A DNA stretch of 62,926 bases, counting the filler, from Trichosphaerium sp. ATCC 40318 (taxonomy: Eukaryota > Protista > Tubulinea), in assembly GCA_038496445.1 (NCBI GenBank). It is 3 parts of 3 records of this genome, joined end to end, with 100 filler letters (N's around TTAATTAATTAA, not from the genome) between each part and the next. Parts side by side here need not be neighbours in the genome. Positions count along the whole stretch, not along the records: positions 1 to 22,951 come from JALMLS010000229.1; positions 23,052 to 49,331 come from JALMLS010000261.1; 1 more part is not named here. One strand, 5' to 3'. How positions within the stretch are numbered: position 1 is the stretch's first letter; each line of letters opens with the position of its first letter. Positions 12,457 to 25,341 of the stretch are shown one piece after another. The position numbers and the translations under genes are program-made. The notes below the pieces were generated by a model. It was given only the letters and a program-made list of their open reading frames with translations, searched no databases and was not told where the DNA came from.

Positions 12457-15014
12457 ATGCTTAGGGTTGTATCAATTATTTTACGTACGTGATTAGAGTT
12501 CGTATTATTATTTCATAACCGTTTATTTTCGAAAGTTTTTTGTTTGTTTTCTTCAAACGCGTTACCATGCAGTACATACGTTAGCACTAAAGGATCTGAT
12601 GATACTGGAAACGGGACATACATTTCTCCCTTCTACAGCCTATCAAAAGCCGTGTCTACAGTAGATGGAGCAAACAACACGTTTGTTGTTTGTATTGAAG
12701 GTACAATACGACAATCTGTTTACCCTGACTGAGCCTTTTCTTGTTTTTCTTAGGCGGCTCATACAATGACACGAAGTATAGCGTTAAAGTGAATACGAGC
12801 GGTTTAGCTGTCTTTCGTGGTATTCAAACACAAAATACATCAATGCCTTCTAACTCACCTGGTTGGGTATGTTATTAATTCCAACTGCTTGTTTAATTGA
12901 TTTTTCAGCTATTAAACGCAACACATGGCTCAGTTGAGGTCGAAGGTTCGTTTTATTTTTCGTATTCGCCAAATCATGGTTTGTTTTCTAAAACTCACGT
13001 GACGTTAATTTTGTACTAAGTTGGAAGTTTCTTGGTAAAAGTAAAAACCATTTTTGGTTCAATCGCTTTTCTAAAATAGCCTGCATTTCTCTTGTCTTTC
13101 TTCTAACTATAGGATTCAAGGATTATCTACTACGCTTGAACTCTTGGCGGTAGAAGAAATTATGATACACAACTGCGTATTCACTGGACCGGGAGTAGGA
13201 TGTATGTTTTTATTGATATTTTACCTGAAAAAAATTGAATGATTTAACAGCGCAATAGTGTCAGTTGCTGGGAATCGCGTATTCATTAACTCTACATCAT
13301 TTCATTCATCAACATTACACGCTAACACTGGAGAAATACATATAACAGACAGCCATTTGGTTAAAACCGCACCATACATTCTATGTTCGTTGTTAACTTT
13401 CTCACAATTTTCACATTTAAACCCTCAATCTTGACATCTTTTTTAGCGACTAAGGTTAACTTTGAAAGTGTTGAAGTATCTCAACTGACCAGAAATATTG
13501 ATATAACTAGTGTTTATACAACCTTAGACTCGTGTACTTTCAGTAACAACACAAACACGGTTCGGGTTTTTTCAACATTCTGCACCTTGTTTTAACATAA
13601 TTTGTGAACTTATAGGCTAATGCTGGCATGTTTAAATTTGTTATACTTGAAGGTTTGCATCCTATCCCTGGTGTATTTCCTGGTGTTCGAGTGAAAAATA
13701 GCACTTTCAAGAACACAAAAACGTACACAACAAAAATACACTCATCTGATCATTATACAATTAGCTATGTCACTCCTGTTGTGAGCACTCTTTTTATGAT
13801 TCTCACTGCCCTGTATATATTATAGTAACATGAAATTAGGTATATTCATTAAAAGGTTTTCCGTTCGAACTTGAAGTCACCGAGTCTACTTTTCAAAACA
13901 ACATCGTGGTGTTTAATGTAAGAAATCTCTATTGCTACTTTCTTTTTTTTTAAAAATAAAAGTGCTCATATTGCAATAGAATACTAATCTCAATGCTCCT
14001 CCTTTTGGAGTTTATGTACCTGATAGTACATTCTATCCAGATTCAAAGTTCTACAATTCGTTCATTAACAACAACGTTGATGAAAAAGGTAAGCTTGAGG
14101 CTTTTTCTCTAAAGGGAAATCGCCACTTGTTTTTTTTTTGAAACCTTTTATTTGGCTATTTCTACGAACCTACTACACTAACCCTTCAAATAAGTGTCAT
14201 GTTCAAAGGGACAAGCGAGTGATAGTCATATTCTTGCATGTGAAAGCTGCGATAAAGGAAGTTATTCAAACTCTACAAGAGCAACATCATGTGACCTTTG
14301 CCCTCCTGGTTAGTTTCAAAAAGAGCTATTTTATTCATTGAATACACCTTAGGTCTGCATGCTCCTGATTACGGCATGGAAATGTGTATTCCTTGTGACA
14401 ACGGTTACTATACTCCAAAGTAAGTATATTTCAGTTTTTGAATATCTTTTGAGAATGTTTGACTAACTTTCTCTAGTAATGGAACAGTACAGTGTGATAT
14501 GTGTTATATTGGTAACATAATATCAAGCAATGGATCAATGTGTACTCCATGTAGTGCTGGTAAGTAGTCACAAAAATATTAGCACTTGTAACTAAGACGT
14601 ATTGTTTAAGGTACATACCAAAGTGGAAATGAATGCAAGAAATGTGTTTGGATGACTTCAGAAGCTGGTGCAACTCTATGTTCTAAGCGTATGTCTTGAC
14701 GTTCGGTATGAATCATTTTAATGCAATGTCTAGCTGGTGGTTTGTGGTTTTTTGTCTTTGTTGGTTGTTGTGGTGGTGTTGCATTGTTGTTTGTTGGTAC
14801 GAGATGGTTTTTTGTTCATGAACTCTGACACGTGATTTTTTGATTACGGAAACTCTTTGAGAAAGTTCTTTTTTTTTTTCTTTTTTTTCGAGCATGGGCC
14901 TTCTCTTTGTTTTGACATTTTGTATTTGTAGCGTGCTCTGTTATTGGTTGTTGCACTAAAAAGAAGAAAAAAGGATATTCTCAAATACCAGACCCAATAA
15001 ATACGACTGACTAA
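12457..15014 (+). CDS. Type I membrane protein: DUF1565-like/beta-helix N-terminus, Cys-rich (GCC2/GCC3-like) repeats, TM, short tail; many introns
   Basis: YVSTKGSDDTGNGTYISPFYSLSKAV; CIPCDNGYY, CTPCSAG and TYQSGNECKKC; TM GGLWFFVFVGCCGGVALLFV; tail KKKKGYSQIPDPINTTD*. Confidence 0.7.
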
Positions 15015-15217
15015 TTACAATAAATAATTGTGCAAATTATCTTTAATCAAGTTGATACACGAAAATAATCAAGAAATGAGTGAAAGGCTCTATCCAGTGA
15101 TTTTGTTTAAAAAAACAACTTTTCGGGGCCTGTTTTTTCCAATTTTGATCATGATCTGTACACGTGTTGTGGTATGTGTTCGGTATAAAAAGCAGAAACA
15201 CCATCTGGTTTGAGGAG

Positions 15218-15399
15218 TTGACCTGAAATAGCGCTATTCCGATTTAGCGTCCGAGGATTTTGCGGATTTTAGGGCTGGCCAACGCTAGAAATACGCGAAC
15301 TGAGGTACGTTCCCACATACTTAAAACAAATAAGTTGTTTTCATTGATGGCTTAACACAGTTCTAATGAGTAGCAAAAAATAGCGTTATTTCAGGTCAA
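15218..15399. repeat. Short inverted-repeat-bounded element (MITE-like)
   Basis: TTGACCTGAAATAGCGCTATT (15218-15238) vs AATAGCGTTATTTCAGGTCAA (15379-15399), 20/21 complementary. Confidence 0.5.
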
Positions 15400-15825
15400 A
15401 CCCTTGAGATTGAGTTCGGTAAAAAAAGGTTAGGCTTTTCAAACCTGCAACAACAGTGCACATACTGATGTGCACACAAGAGGTCAATAGATAAAGGTTA
15501 TGAGATTTTACGACAGCTGACTGTTTGGAACGTTTACGAAGTGACCACGTGTTTGTACCCCACATTTTACTTAAGTAAATGTTATGAATAATCGATTACT
15601 ACAAGATGGTGTCAATATCCATGTACACAGTAGTACTATACATTCAATTACTTAACCCGTGATCGAATAAAAGAGTGCAATAGTGAAAAAAGTTTGTGGT
15701 TTTATTTTGTAATTGTTGTTTGACAGGTTCTGATCGAGAATTTCAAAGCAATGATGGGAAAGGTTCTGTCGTACAAATCTGTGGTTGCTATAGACGGAAT
15801 AATAGAGTAGCTATGGAACATGAAT

Positions 15826-17163
15826 CTATTCTGCGTCCTTAATTCGCTGTATATTAATTGCGCCAGTCAATGCCTTGATAACTTCGTCATCTGATGCGAG
15901 TGATTCAGATAAAACAATAGTGTGCACACCTGCCAGCGCATTTAGACCTGAATCTGTTACTCCAGTATTAGATATGTCGATGCTATATACACCCGCTAAT
16001 GCCTTCAAGCCTTCATCTGTTATATTTGTAAATGACAAATTAATCGTGTGTACACCTGCTAGCGCTTGTAGACCTGCATCTGTTATCTCTATACAATCAA
16101 GCAAGTTGATAGTATGTACACCCGCCAACTCATACAAACCTTCATCTGTTACATCCGTGTGTGACAAATCAATCGTGTGTACACCTGCTAGCGCTTGTAG
16201 ACCTGAACCTGTTATCATGCTACAACAATTCAAGCTGATAGTGTGTACACCCGCCAACACATTCAAACCTTTATCTGTTACAGTTGTGCATGCCAAATCA
16301 ATCTTGTGTACGCCGGCCAACCCTTGTATACCTGCGTCTGTTACTCTGGTACTAGATAAGCTGATATCATGTACACCTGCCAATGCCCCAATACTTGAAT
16401 CTGATACTCCGTAACAGCACCACAGTTTGATAGTGTGTACACCCGCCAATGCCCTCAAACAACTGCCGGTTACATATGTACGTGACAAATCAATCTTGTG
16501 TACACCTGCTAAAGCCTTAATACCTTCATCTGTTATTTCATCACAATGATACAAGACAATAGTATGTACACCCGCCAACGCCTGCAAACCTTTATCTGTT
16601 ATTGTTGCGTATGATAAATCAACAGTGTGTACACCCGCCAACAGTTGCAAATCTCTGTCTGTTACGTTTGTGCATGATAAATCAATCTTGTGTACACCTG
16701 CCAAAGCCTTTATACCTTCATATGTTACTTGGATTTCAGACAAACTAATATCATGTACACCCGCCAATGCCTTCAAACCTTCCTCTGTTACATTTGTGCA
16801 TGACAAATCAATCGTGTGTACACCTGCCAACGCTTGTAGACCTGAATCTGTCACTTTGGTATTAGATAAGTCGATATCATATACACCTGCCAATGCTTGA
16901 AGATCTGAATCCGGTATTGATCCGTAACTCAACTTAATGGTCGTATTCTTGAGTAATGGACTACCAGAAAGCGCCTGAACTTCCTTTTCTCTTTTAATAA
17001 CGATACGGCCATATCCGAAGTGGTTATGAACAATATCGCGCAAAAAGTGGCACGTTTGGGCTGAACGGAGCGTATAAGTCCCTTGTTTCACAATATGCAC
17101 TACTACTTCAATTGGTAGCGCTGTAAGGGTTAATATGTGCTTATGCGTGTCTTTCTGTTCCAT
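15826..17163 (-). CDS. F-box + 16 short (21-22 aa) LRR protein, intronless
   Basis: F-box LTALPIEVVVHIV..AQTCHFLRDIV, followed by repeats with consensus LxALAGVHTIDLSxTxVTDxG. Confidence 0.9.
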   Translation of the reverse strand: MEQKDTHKHILTLTALPIEVVVHIVKQGTYTLRSAQTCHFLRDIVHNHFGYGRIVIKREKEVQALSGSPLLKNTTIKLSYGSIPDSDLQALAGVYDIDLSNTKVTDSGLQALAGVHTIDLSCTNVTEEGLKALAGVHDISLSEIQVTYEGIKALAGVHKIDLSCTNVTDRDLQLLAGVHTVDLSYATITDKGLQALAGVHTIVLYHCDEITDEGIKALAGVHKIDLSRTYVTGSCLRALAGVHTIKLWCCYGVSDSSIGALAGVHDISLSSTRVTDAGIQGLAGVHKIDLACTTVTDKGLNVLAGVHTISLNCCSMITGSGLQALAGVHTIDLSHTDVTDEGLYELAGVHTINLLDCIEITDAGLQALAGVHTINLSFTNITDEGLKALAGVYSIDISNTGVTDSGLNALAGVHTIVLSESLASDDEVIKALTGAINIQRIKDAE

Positions 17164-18237
17164 TTTATACGAATCGCTATAAATACTTTTGTGTATTAGG
17201 TTTGTCGTATAGGGGTTAGTGCCCTATAGAGTAGTTGTGAACGTAGAGAGAAAGGAGAATCTAGTTAGTTTATTTGTGTTGACTCAGGAAGACTAAAAAG
17301 GAAATCTCTCATGAACTCATTCAAGGAACGGAGAATAGACATCTAAGGTGATGCGACAGTTTTCTTCAGTTTATAGAAATATAAGTGCATTAGTCTAGCA
17401 AGTGAATTAATTACTACAAATAGAATTCTATAAATACTGTTTTTTTTTCCCCACGCCACAGAATGAGCTTACTGTCGCATATTATAAACCACTACGCCAA
17501 AAGCGTATTATCACTGTCGTAGTGCACTGTGAACTTTATCTACAATACGTTTCATTGACGATTACTATACATTTACAACGTTTAACATGTGATCGCTCTG
17601 AGAACAGAAAATTGTACTCAACGCTGATAATGATGTTGTTATGCATTTTGAACCATAAACACTTTTTTTTTTTGAGTCAGTTTATTGACACGACAGTACA
17701 TTCCACACATGCCTAGGCATGTAGCACAGCAATTACTAATGGTTACAATCCCTTTGCTGTTAAATGATTGGTACAAGCAGGTGAACCACACCCGCTGTAA
17801 TTACAGTGGTTGTTTTTCAAAAGGGTTGATGGGTGTTGGGTGTTGGGTTGTTGGATTCCCATCCTGTAGGTTTGATGAGGTGCCCGTCTGGTTTGACAGC
17901 AGCCTGTAAAACATCGTCATGTCCTCAATGTCCATACCAGACAAGTTTAGAGAGTGGCGTCAGGTGGGCTTTGGACCAATGCTGAAAATTGTGCTGTTGT
18001 GTGATTTTACCATTTGGCTACAGGGTCTTCCCCAACCATAAACACATTTTTATCAACCACATTAATACTCTAAGTAGCATGTGAACATAGCCTACATAGA
18101 TTGGTGATTAATTTATCTTTTAAAGTACCTAATCTTTTGCAAGCTGTCATTTTTATCAAAACACATTTTGAAAAAAGAAATAAAATTATTTACTACAATA
18201 AGCTATGTCCACTCAAACGTGTTTTGGTTCATTAATA

Positions 18238-19100
18238 TCTAGCTCAATCATGGCAAATTTTTGGCTCAGCCATGGCAAGTATTTTAAGTATTAGTATGTG
18301 TCTAAAGCACATAATCCAATAAAAATTTACTACCATATAAGCAAGCATAGTGTATATATCATGTGATTATAACAGCATAATTCAGTGAACACAAAGCATA
18401 CATTGTGTTCACCAGTAAAATATTAATTTTTAAGAAAAAGCTTTCCCAGCCCTTAAAACTAAACCAATAAAGCTGTGATTTTAGGTATTACATCAAAATA
18501 GTTTGTATATGTAGTGTGAAAGGCAGAGTTACAAATGAAACTTGGAATCAGAAATAATGGATGATATTTTTTTAATTTTTTTTGAATATTGTTTTTTTAC
18601 AATCAAGTTTTTGAAGTCATAAATCGATTATTGTGTGTTTAATCTCATTGATGGTAGGAGCGGTTATGTTAATTCTAAAGTAAAAACCTTAGATGCATTA
18701 TCATTAAGATCAATACATTACATTTCATTACATAGCACATTATTTTTTTTGCACAAGCTATTTTTTTCTTGTTAAAAAAAATAATACCACAACCATGAAG
18801 GCTTCAAACATTAGTCACATTTTTATGTAGTATACCAATCATACTAGACTATACATGGTATAAAAGGTATTGGGAACAATCTGTTTAGTTGGTGCCTGTG
18901 TACTAACAAATAAAATGTAAGAGTTTTCACCAATTGCCTTATATTTCTACATGTAAGGACTTTAATTGACTAATATTCCGCGAAATTATTGCCTTGAACA
19001 TTGGTAATGTTGTAATTTTTTAATTGAAAGTAACTTATGGTACTCAATAATAAACAGAAACTGCCATGGCTGACCAAAAATATGCCATGGCTGAGCCAGA
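18238..19100. mobile_element. Non-autonomous TIR element flanked by TA
   Basis: TCTAGCTCAATCATGGCAAATTTTTGGCTCAGCCATGGCA (~18238-18278) is an imperfect inverted match to TGCCATGGCTGACCAAAAATATGCCATGGCTGAGCCAGA (~19062-19100). TA lies outside both ends. Confidence 0.6.
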
Positions 19101-20581
19101 TAAGTATTAAGATGATTTGTGTATAAATATATTATGGTCAGTGTTAACTAGCTGTTTTGACTTCTTTTCTATTGTTGGCTACAACAACTTTTGATACTTT
19201 ATATTAAATAATGGACTTGAATGACTGCCTTTCACACTAACATATACAACACTATTTTGATGTAATACCTAAAATCAACAGCTTTATTGGTTTAGTTTTA
19301 AGGGCTGGGAAAGCTTTTTCTTAAAATTAAATATTTACTGTGAACACAATGTATCTTGTGTTCACTGAAATATGCTGTTATAATCACATGATATATACAC
19401 TATGCTTGCTTATATGGTAGTAAATTTTTATTGGATTATGTGCTTTAGACACATACTAAACTTAAAATACTTGCCATGGCTGACCAAAAATTTGCCATGA
19501 TTGACTAGATATTAATGAACCAAAACACGTTTGAGTGGACATAGCTTATTGTAGTAAATAATTTTATTTCTTTTTTCAAATGTGTTTTGATAAAAATGAC
19601 AGCTTGCAAAAGATTAGGTACTTTAAAAGATAAATTAATCACCAATCTATGTAGGCTATGTTCACATGCTACTTAGAGTATTAATGTGGTTGATAAAAAT
19701 GTGTTTATGGTTGGGGAAGACCCTGTAGCCAAATGGTAAAATCACACAACAGCACAATTTTCAGCATTGGTCCAAAGCCCACCTGACGCCACTCTCTAAA
19801 CTTGTCTGGTATGGACATTGAGGACATGACGATGTTTTACAGGCTGCTGTCAAACCAGACGGGCACCTCATCAAACCTACAGGATGGGAATCCAACAACC
19901 CAACACCCAACACCCATCAACCCTTTGAAAAACAACCACTGTAATTACAGCGGGTGTGGTTCACCTGCTTGTACCAATCATTTAACAGCAAAGGGATTGT
20001 AACCATTAGTAATTGCTGTGCTACATGCCTAGGCATGTGTGGAATGTACTGTCGTGTCAATAAACTGACTCAAAAAAAAAAAGTGTTTATGGTTCAAAAT
20101 GCATAACAACATCATTATCAGCGTTGAGTACAATTTTCTGTTCTCAGAGCGATCACATGTTAAACGTTGTAAATGTATAGTAATCGTCAATGAAACGTAT
20201 TGTAGATAAAGTTCACAGTGCACTACGACAGTGATAATACGCTTTTGGCGTAGTGGTTTATAATATGCGACAGTAAGCTCATTCTGTGGCGTGGGGAAAA
20301 AAAAACAGTATTTATAGAATTCTATTTGTAGTAATTAATTCACTTGCTAGACTAATGCACTTATATTTCTATAAACTGAAGAAAACTGTCGCATCACCTT
20401 AGATGTCTATTCTCCGTTCCTTGAATGAGTTCATGAGAGATTTCCTTTTTAGTCTTCCTGAGTCAACACAAATAAACTAACTAGATTCTCCTTTCTCTCT
20501 ACGTTCACAACTACTCTATAGGGCACTAACCCCTATACGACAAACCTAATACACAAAAGTATTTATAGCGATTCGTATAAA

Positions 20582-21918
20582 ATGGAACAGAAAGACACGC
20601 ATAAGCACATATTAACCCTTACAGCGCTACCAATTGAAGTAGTAGTGCATATTGTGAAACAAGGGACTTATACGCTCCGTTCAGCCCAAACGTGCCACTT
20701 TTTGCGCGATATTGTTCATAACCACTTCGGATATGGCCGTATCGTTATTAAAAGAGAAAAGGAAGTTCAGGCGCTTTCTGGTAGTCCATTACTCAAGAAT
20801 ACGACCATTAAGTTGAGTTACGGATCAATACCGGATTCAGATCTTCAAGCATTGGCAGGTGTATATGATATCGACTTATCTAATACCAAAGTGACAGATT
20901 CAGGTCTACAAGCGTTGGCAGGTGTACACACGATTGATTTGTCATGCACAAATGTAACAGAGGAAGGTTTGAAGGCATTGGCGGGTGTACATGATATTAG
21001 TTTGTCTGAAATCCAAGTAACATATGAAGGTATAAAGGCTTTGGCAGGTGTACACAAGATTGATTTATCATGCACAAACGTAACAGACAGAGATTTGCAA
21101 CTGTTGGCGGGTGTACACACTGTTGATTTATCATACGCAACAATAACAGATAAAGGTTTGCAGGCGTTGGCGGGTGTACATACTATTGTCTTGTATCATT
21201 GTGATGAAATAACAGATGAAGGTATTAAGGCTTTAGCAGGTGTACACAAGATTGATTTGTCACGTACATATGTAACCGGCAGTTGTTTGAGGGCATTGGC
21301 GGGTGTACACACTATCAAACTGTGGTGCTGTTACGGAGTATCAGATTCAAGTATTGGGGCATTGGCAGTGTACATGATATCAGCTTATCTAGTACCAGAG
21401 TAACAGACGCAGGTATACAAGGGTTGGCCGGCGTACACAAGATTGATTTGGCATGCACAACTGTAACAGATAAAGGTTTGAATGTGTTGGCGGGTGTACA
21501 CACTATCAGCTTGAATTGTTGTAGCATGATAACAGGTTCAGGTCTACAAGCGCTAGCAGGTGTACACACGATTGATTTGTCACACACGGATGTAACAGAT
21601 GAAGGTTTGTATGAGTTGGCGGGTGTACATACTATCAACTTGCTTGATTGTATAGAGATAACAGATGCAGGTCTACAAGCGCTAGCAGGTGTACACACGA
21701 TTAATTTGTCATTTACAAATATAACAGATGAAGGCTTGAAGGCATTAGCGGGTGTATATAGCATCGACATATCTAATACTGGAGTAACAGATTCAGGTCT
21801 AAATGCGCTGGCAGGTGTGCACACTATTGTTTTATCTGAATCACTCGCATCAGATGACGAAGTTATCAAGGCATTGACTGGCGCAATTAATATACAGCGA
21901 ATTAAGGACGCAGAATAG
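20582..21918 (+). pseudogene. Mirror copy of the F-box/LRR gene with a 1-bp frameshift at ~21367
   Basis: Identical to 15826-17163 except GGCAGTGT in place of GGCAGGTGT. Could be a consensus error. Confidence 0.7.
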
Positions 21919-22951
21919 ATTCATGTTCCATAGCTACTCTATTATTCCGTCTATAGCAACCACAGATTTGTACGACAGAACCTTTCCCATCATTGCTTTG
22001 AAATTCTCGATCAGAACCTGTCAAACAACAATTACAAAATAAAACCACAAACTTTTTTCACTATTGCACTCTTTTATTCGATCACGGGTTAAGTAATTGA
22101 ATGTATAGTACTACTGTGTACATGGATATTGACACCATCTTGTAGTAATCGATTATTCATAACATTTACTTAAGTAAAATGTGGGGTACAAACACGTGGT
22201 CACTTCGTAAACGTTCCAAACAGTCAGCTGTCGTAAAATCTCATAACCTTTATCTATTGACCTCTTGTGTGCACATCAGTATGTGCACTGTTGTTGCAGG
22301 TTTGAAAAGCCTAACCTTTTTTTACCGAACTCAATCTCAAGGGTTTGACCTGAATAACGCTATTTTTTCTACTCATTAGAACTGTGTTAAGCCATCAATG
22401 AAAACAACTTATTTGTTTTAAGTATGTGGGAACGTACCTCAGTTCGCGTATTTCTAGCGTTGGCCAGCCCTAAAATCCGCAAAATCCTCGGACGCTAAAT
22501 CGGAATAGCGCTATTTCAGGTCAACTCCTCAAACCAAATGGTGTTTCTGCTTTTTATACCGAACACATACCACAACACGTGTACAGATCATGATCAAAAT
22601 TGGAAAAAACAGGCCCCGAAAAGTTGTTTTTTTAAACAAAATCACTGGATAGAGCCTTTCACTCATTTCTTGATTATTTTCGTGTATCAACTTGATTAAA
22701 GATAATTTGCACAATTATTTATTGTAATTAGTCAGTCGTATTTATTGGGTCTGGTATTTGAGAATATCCTTTTTTCTTCTTTTTAGTGCAACAACCAATA
22801 ACAGAGCACGCTACAAATACAAAATGTCAAAACAAAGAGAAGGCCCATGCTCGAAAAAAAGAAAAAAAAAAAGAACTTTCTCAAAGAGTTTCCGTAATCA
22901 AAAAATCACGTGTCAGAGTTCATGAACAAAAAACCATCTCGTACCAACAAA

Positions 22952-23051
22952 NNNNNNNNNNNNNNNNNNNNNNNNNNNNNNNNNNNNNNNNNNNNTTAAT
23001 TAATTAANNNNNNNNNNNNNNNNNNNNNNNNNNNNNNNNNNNNNNNNNNNN
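22952..23051. other. Artificial contig linker (N-run, TTAATTAATTAA, N-run)
   Basis: Stop-in-all-six-frames spacer inside N runs. Confidence 0.98.
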
Positions 23052-23576
23052 AAAAAAAAAAGAATTCTTCACAACTATTCAGAGTTATCTTTAAAAGGAA
23101 AGAAGCGCGCTTACAAGGCTTTTGAAGTACACTTCCTGTTATATCAAACCCACGCAAGTATTCAATAAGTGACTCGCATGTTTCATCAACTGAAATCAGT
23201 TTTTTAAGTTCTGCTTCGTCAAAAGTAGGCAATTCAATGCCCTGTTCTTTAGCTAGCTCAATGATCGTTTTTGCGCTGATACTGCCGTCTAAGCGGAACG
23301 TTTAATAAGTAAGGTGTCATAACATGAGCTGGTATAAGCTTTTAAGGCACTTTGGCGCGTGTTGTAATTCTTTGAGGCAAATGCCGTTGAGAATACTTCG
23401 TTGCGTTCAAAAACTAACGTACCGAGGTGGCAATGTAACTCAGCCTTTGGTAGAGACTTTATTACGTTAAATGGTATTTTTTGCGCCATCGTTTGTCGTG
23501 TAGGTGAATAGGCACGCGTGGTGTTATTAGGTACGTGTCGCGTGCTGATATGCCGTTTAAACACTTTCCCTAGCAT
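23052..23576 (-). CDS. ADA: Adenosine deaminase, 5' part (truncated by contig end)
   Basis: LPKAELHCHL|intron|DGSISAKTIIELAKEQGIELP..SLIEYLRGFDIT matches the PKxELHxHLDGS metal-binding motif of adenosine/AMP deaminases. Confidence 0.88.
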
Positions 23577-23667
23577 ACAAAACGAAATGTGATGCTTTTA
23601 TTGAAATTGTGAGAATCTGCGTTGACTTTCTTATTGATCCCCAACACCTGTTAAAGCACTCTGAAGG

Positions 23668-24990
23668 ATGGACAATGTTATAAGTGGTCTCGCTATTCTA
23701 CCTGCAGTGAGTATAAGCTCTATTTAAGCACTTTTATTCGTATAAATCAAAAAGCCGGCTAAACATGTATAGATATACTTTGTACGTAGCCTAGATTTTG
23801 AAATTGGGGATAGAAAAGAATACGCGTACAATACATTTATTGTAGTGCAAAGCATTCTCGCACTGTGTATTGCGTACATATATTGGAGTATACGCAGTAC
23901 TAGGGATCAAAGAAGTGTTTCTCTCACTGTACGCATTGTCACATTATTGTACAATTTTTAAACTCAGTGCACGTCACTTGTTACGCCATGTGTACCACTA
24001 TACGGTACTTTCAACGCGAATTTAACTATGCCACGTCAGTCACTTGTAAACACCATCAAAACTTTCCCCAAATGACTTAAATATACCACCAGAGTACTAA
24101 TAAATACAATAGAAAAACATTTGGGGCCAACAAATAAAGAAAGAAATTATTACGGTTTTTGAGTATGACTCAAGAGAGTTTATGAAATTAGCCTTTGGGT
24201 ACGCCTATACAACATACTTTATTACTATTTTCACTACTTTCTTTCCTTTAAAATCCAAAAATCATCATCAGTCAGTTTTTGTTCAATTTTCAACTTTCGT
24301 CAACGAAGACACGTCAGTTTTGTATCTTTACGCGATTTATTGACTTTACATCAATATAATTTTTTTATACCTGGATTGATTATTGCTTTTTTATTATTTA
24401 CTAACTTGCTATTAGCTTTCTGTTATCTTTGGGTATGATTTTCTGGGGTACAGTAAAATGGCCTGAAGTTGTAGCTACCTTCGCAGCAACCCAGTGTGTT
24501 ATAAGTATGTCAAAACCTCGAAAAATCTAAACTACTACATGCCTCTATTGTAGAAGTAGTGACTACTGCTATCGCAGTACTGTTATTTCAAACAATTGCG
24601 CAATTAGAGCAAAAAAATCACAAACCCTTTTTTGCCTATTTTATATAATTTTTGACATTACTTGTAGTACCTTTCAGAACGTTTAAATCCAACCTCTTCA
24701 AATCGCATATACTTGGCTGGAACATACCTAGACCATTCCCTCAACCACCTTCACCTTTTAAGCAAATGTGGAGCGAGATGAAAAAGGAGTTACAATCTCT
24801 TGACCCTAACGCAAAAACGCCTCGTGGTAGTAAGAAAAAATCAGCAAAGAAGCCAAAAGCTGGTGATGTTGCTGCAATACGCAAAAGACAAAAACAAAAC
24901 CAAATAGCAGTTGAAGAAAAGGATAAAATAGACAGACAACTAAGAGCAGCAAAGGGACATAAAACGAGCAATCGTAAAAAAGTGAACTAA
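23668..24990 (+). CDS. Pho88/SND3-like ER membrane protein, multi-exon
   Basis: IAYIYWSIRSTRDQRSV, MTQESYE and NLFKSHILGWNIPRPF resemble the Pho88 family pattern (..HILG..RPF). Ends in a basic C-terminal tail. Confidence 0.5.
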
Positions 24991-25341
24991 TAACAAAAAT
25001 CTCGTGTGGGTACAAAAAAAAAGTATCCACAAAAAAAGAAAAAATAATCCAAAAAACACTGCATTAGAAAGTGTCAATAACGAATAAAAAAACCCCGCTA
25101 GCGCGTACCACACCAAAAACAGAGTTTTTCTGCGTAGTATTTTTTTTTTCTGAACTTTTAAAGGTTTTAATCATTAACCGGCACTATTGCACTTTTTGTA
25201 ACTTGTGGCTGTATAGCACTGTACTAAAGAGTGCTATGAGAGTGTATTGCCTTAATAATGCGCTGTCAAACCATTTTGGCAAAAAAAGTTGTCAAAATAC
25301 TTCAAACAACATTAAAGCGGACAAATAAGAACTACAACAAG

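Larger units (their letters stand above)
14790..22951. repeat. Long inverted duplication: arms ~14790-18526 and ~19225-22951, spacer ~700 bp
   Basis: Identical ORFs appear on opposite strands (15826-17163 vs 20582-21918; 17522-17716 vs 20029-20223). The right arm runs to the contig end. Confidence 0.95.

Noticed and set aside
15875-16900. Long antisense ORFs over the LRR genes (also 20845-21869 and 29675-30199)
   Set aside because: Shadow frames produced by repetitive codon usage on the coding strand.
22996-23007. TTAATTAATTAA palindrome (also 49376-49387)
   Set aside because: Artificial six-frame-stop contig linker.
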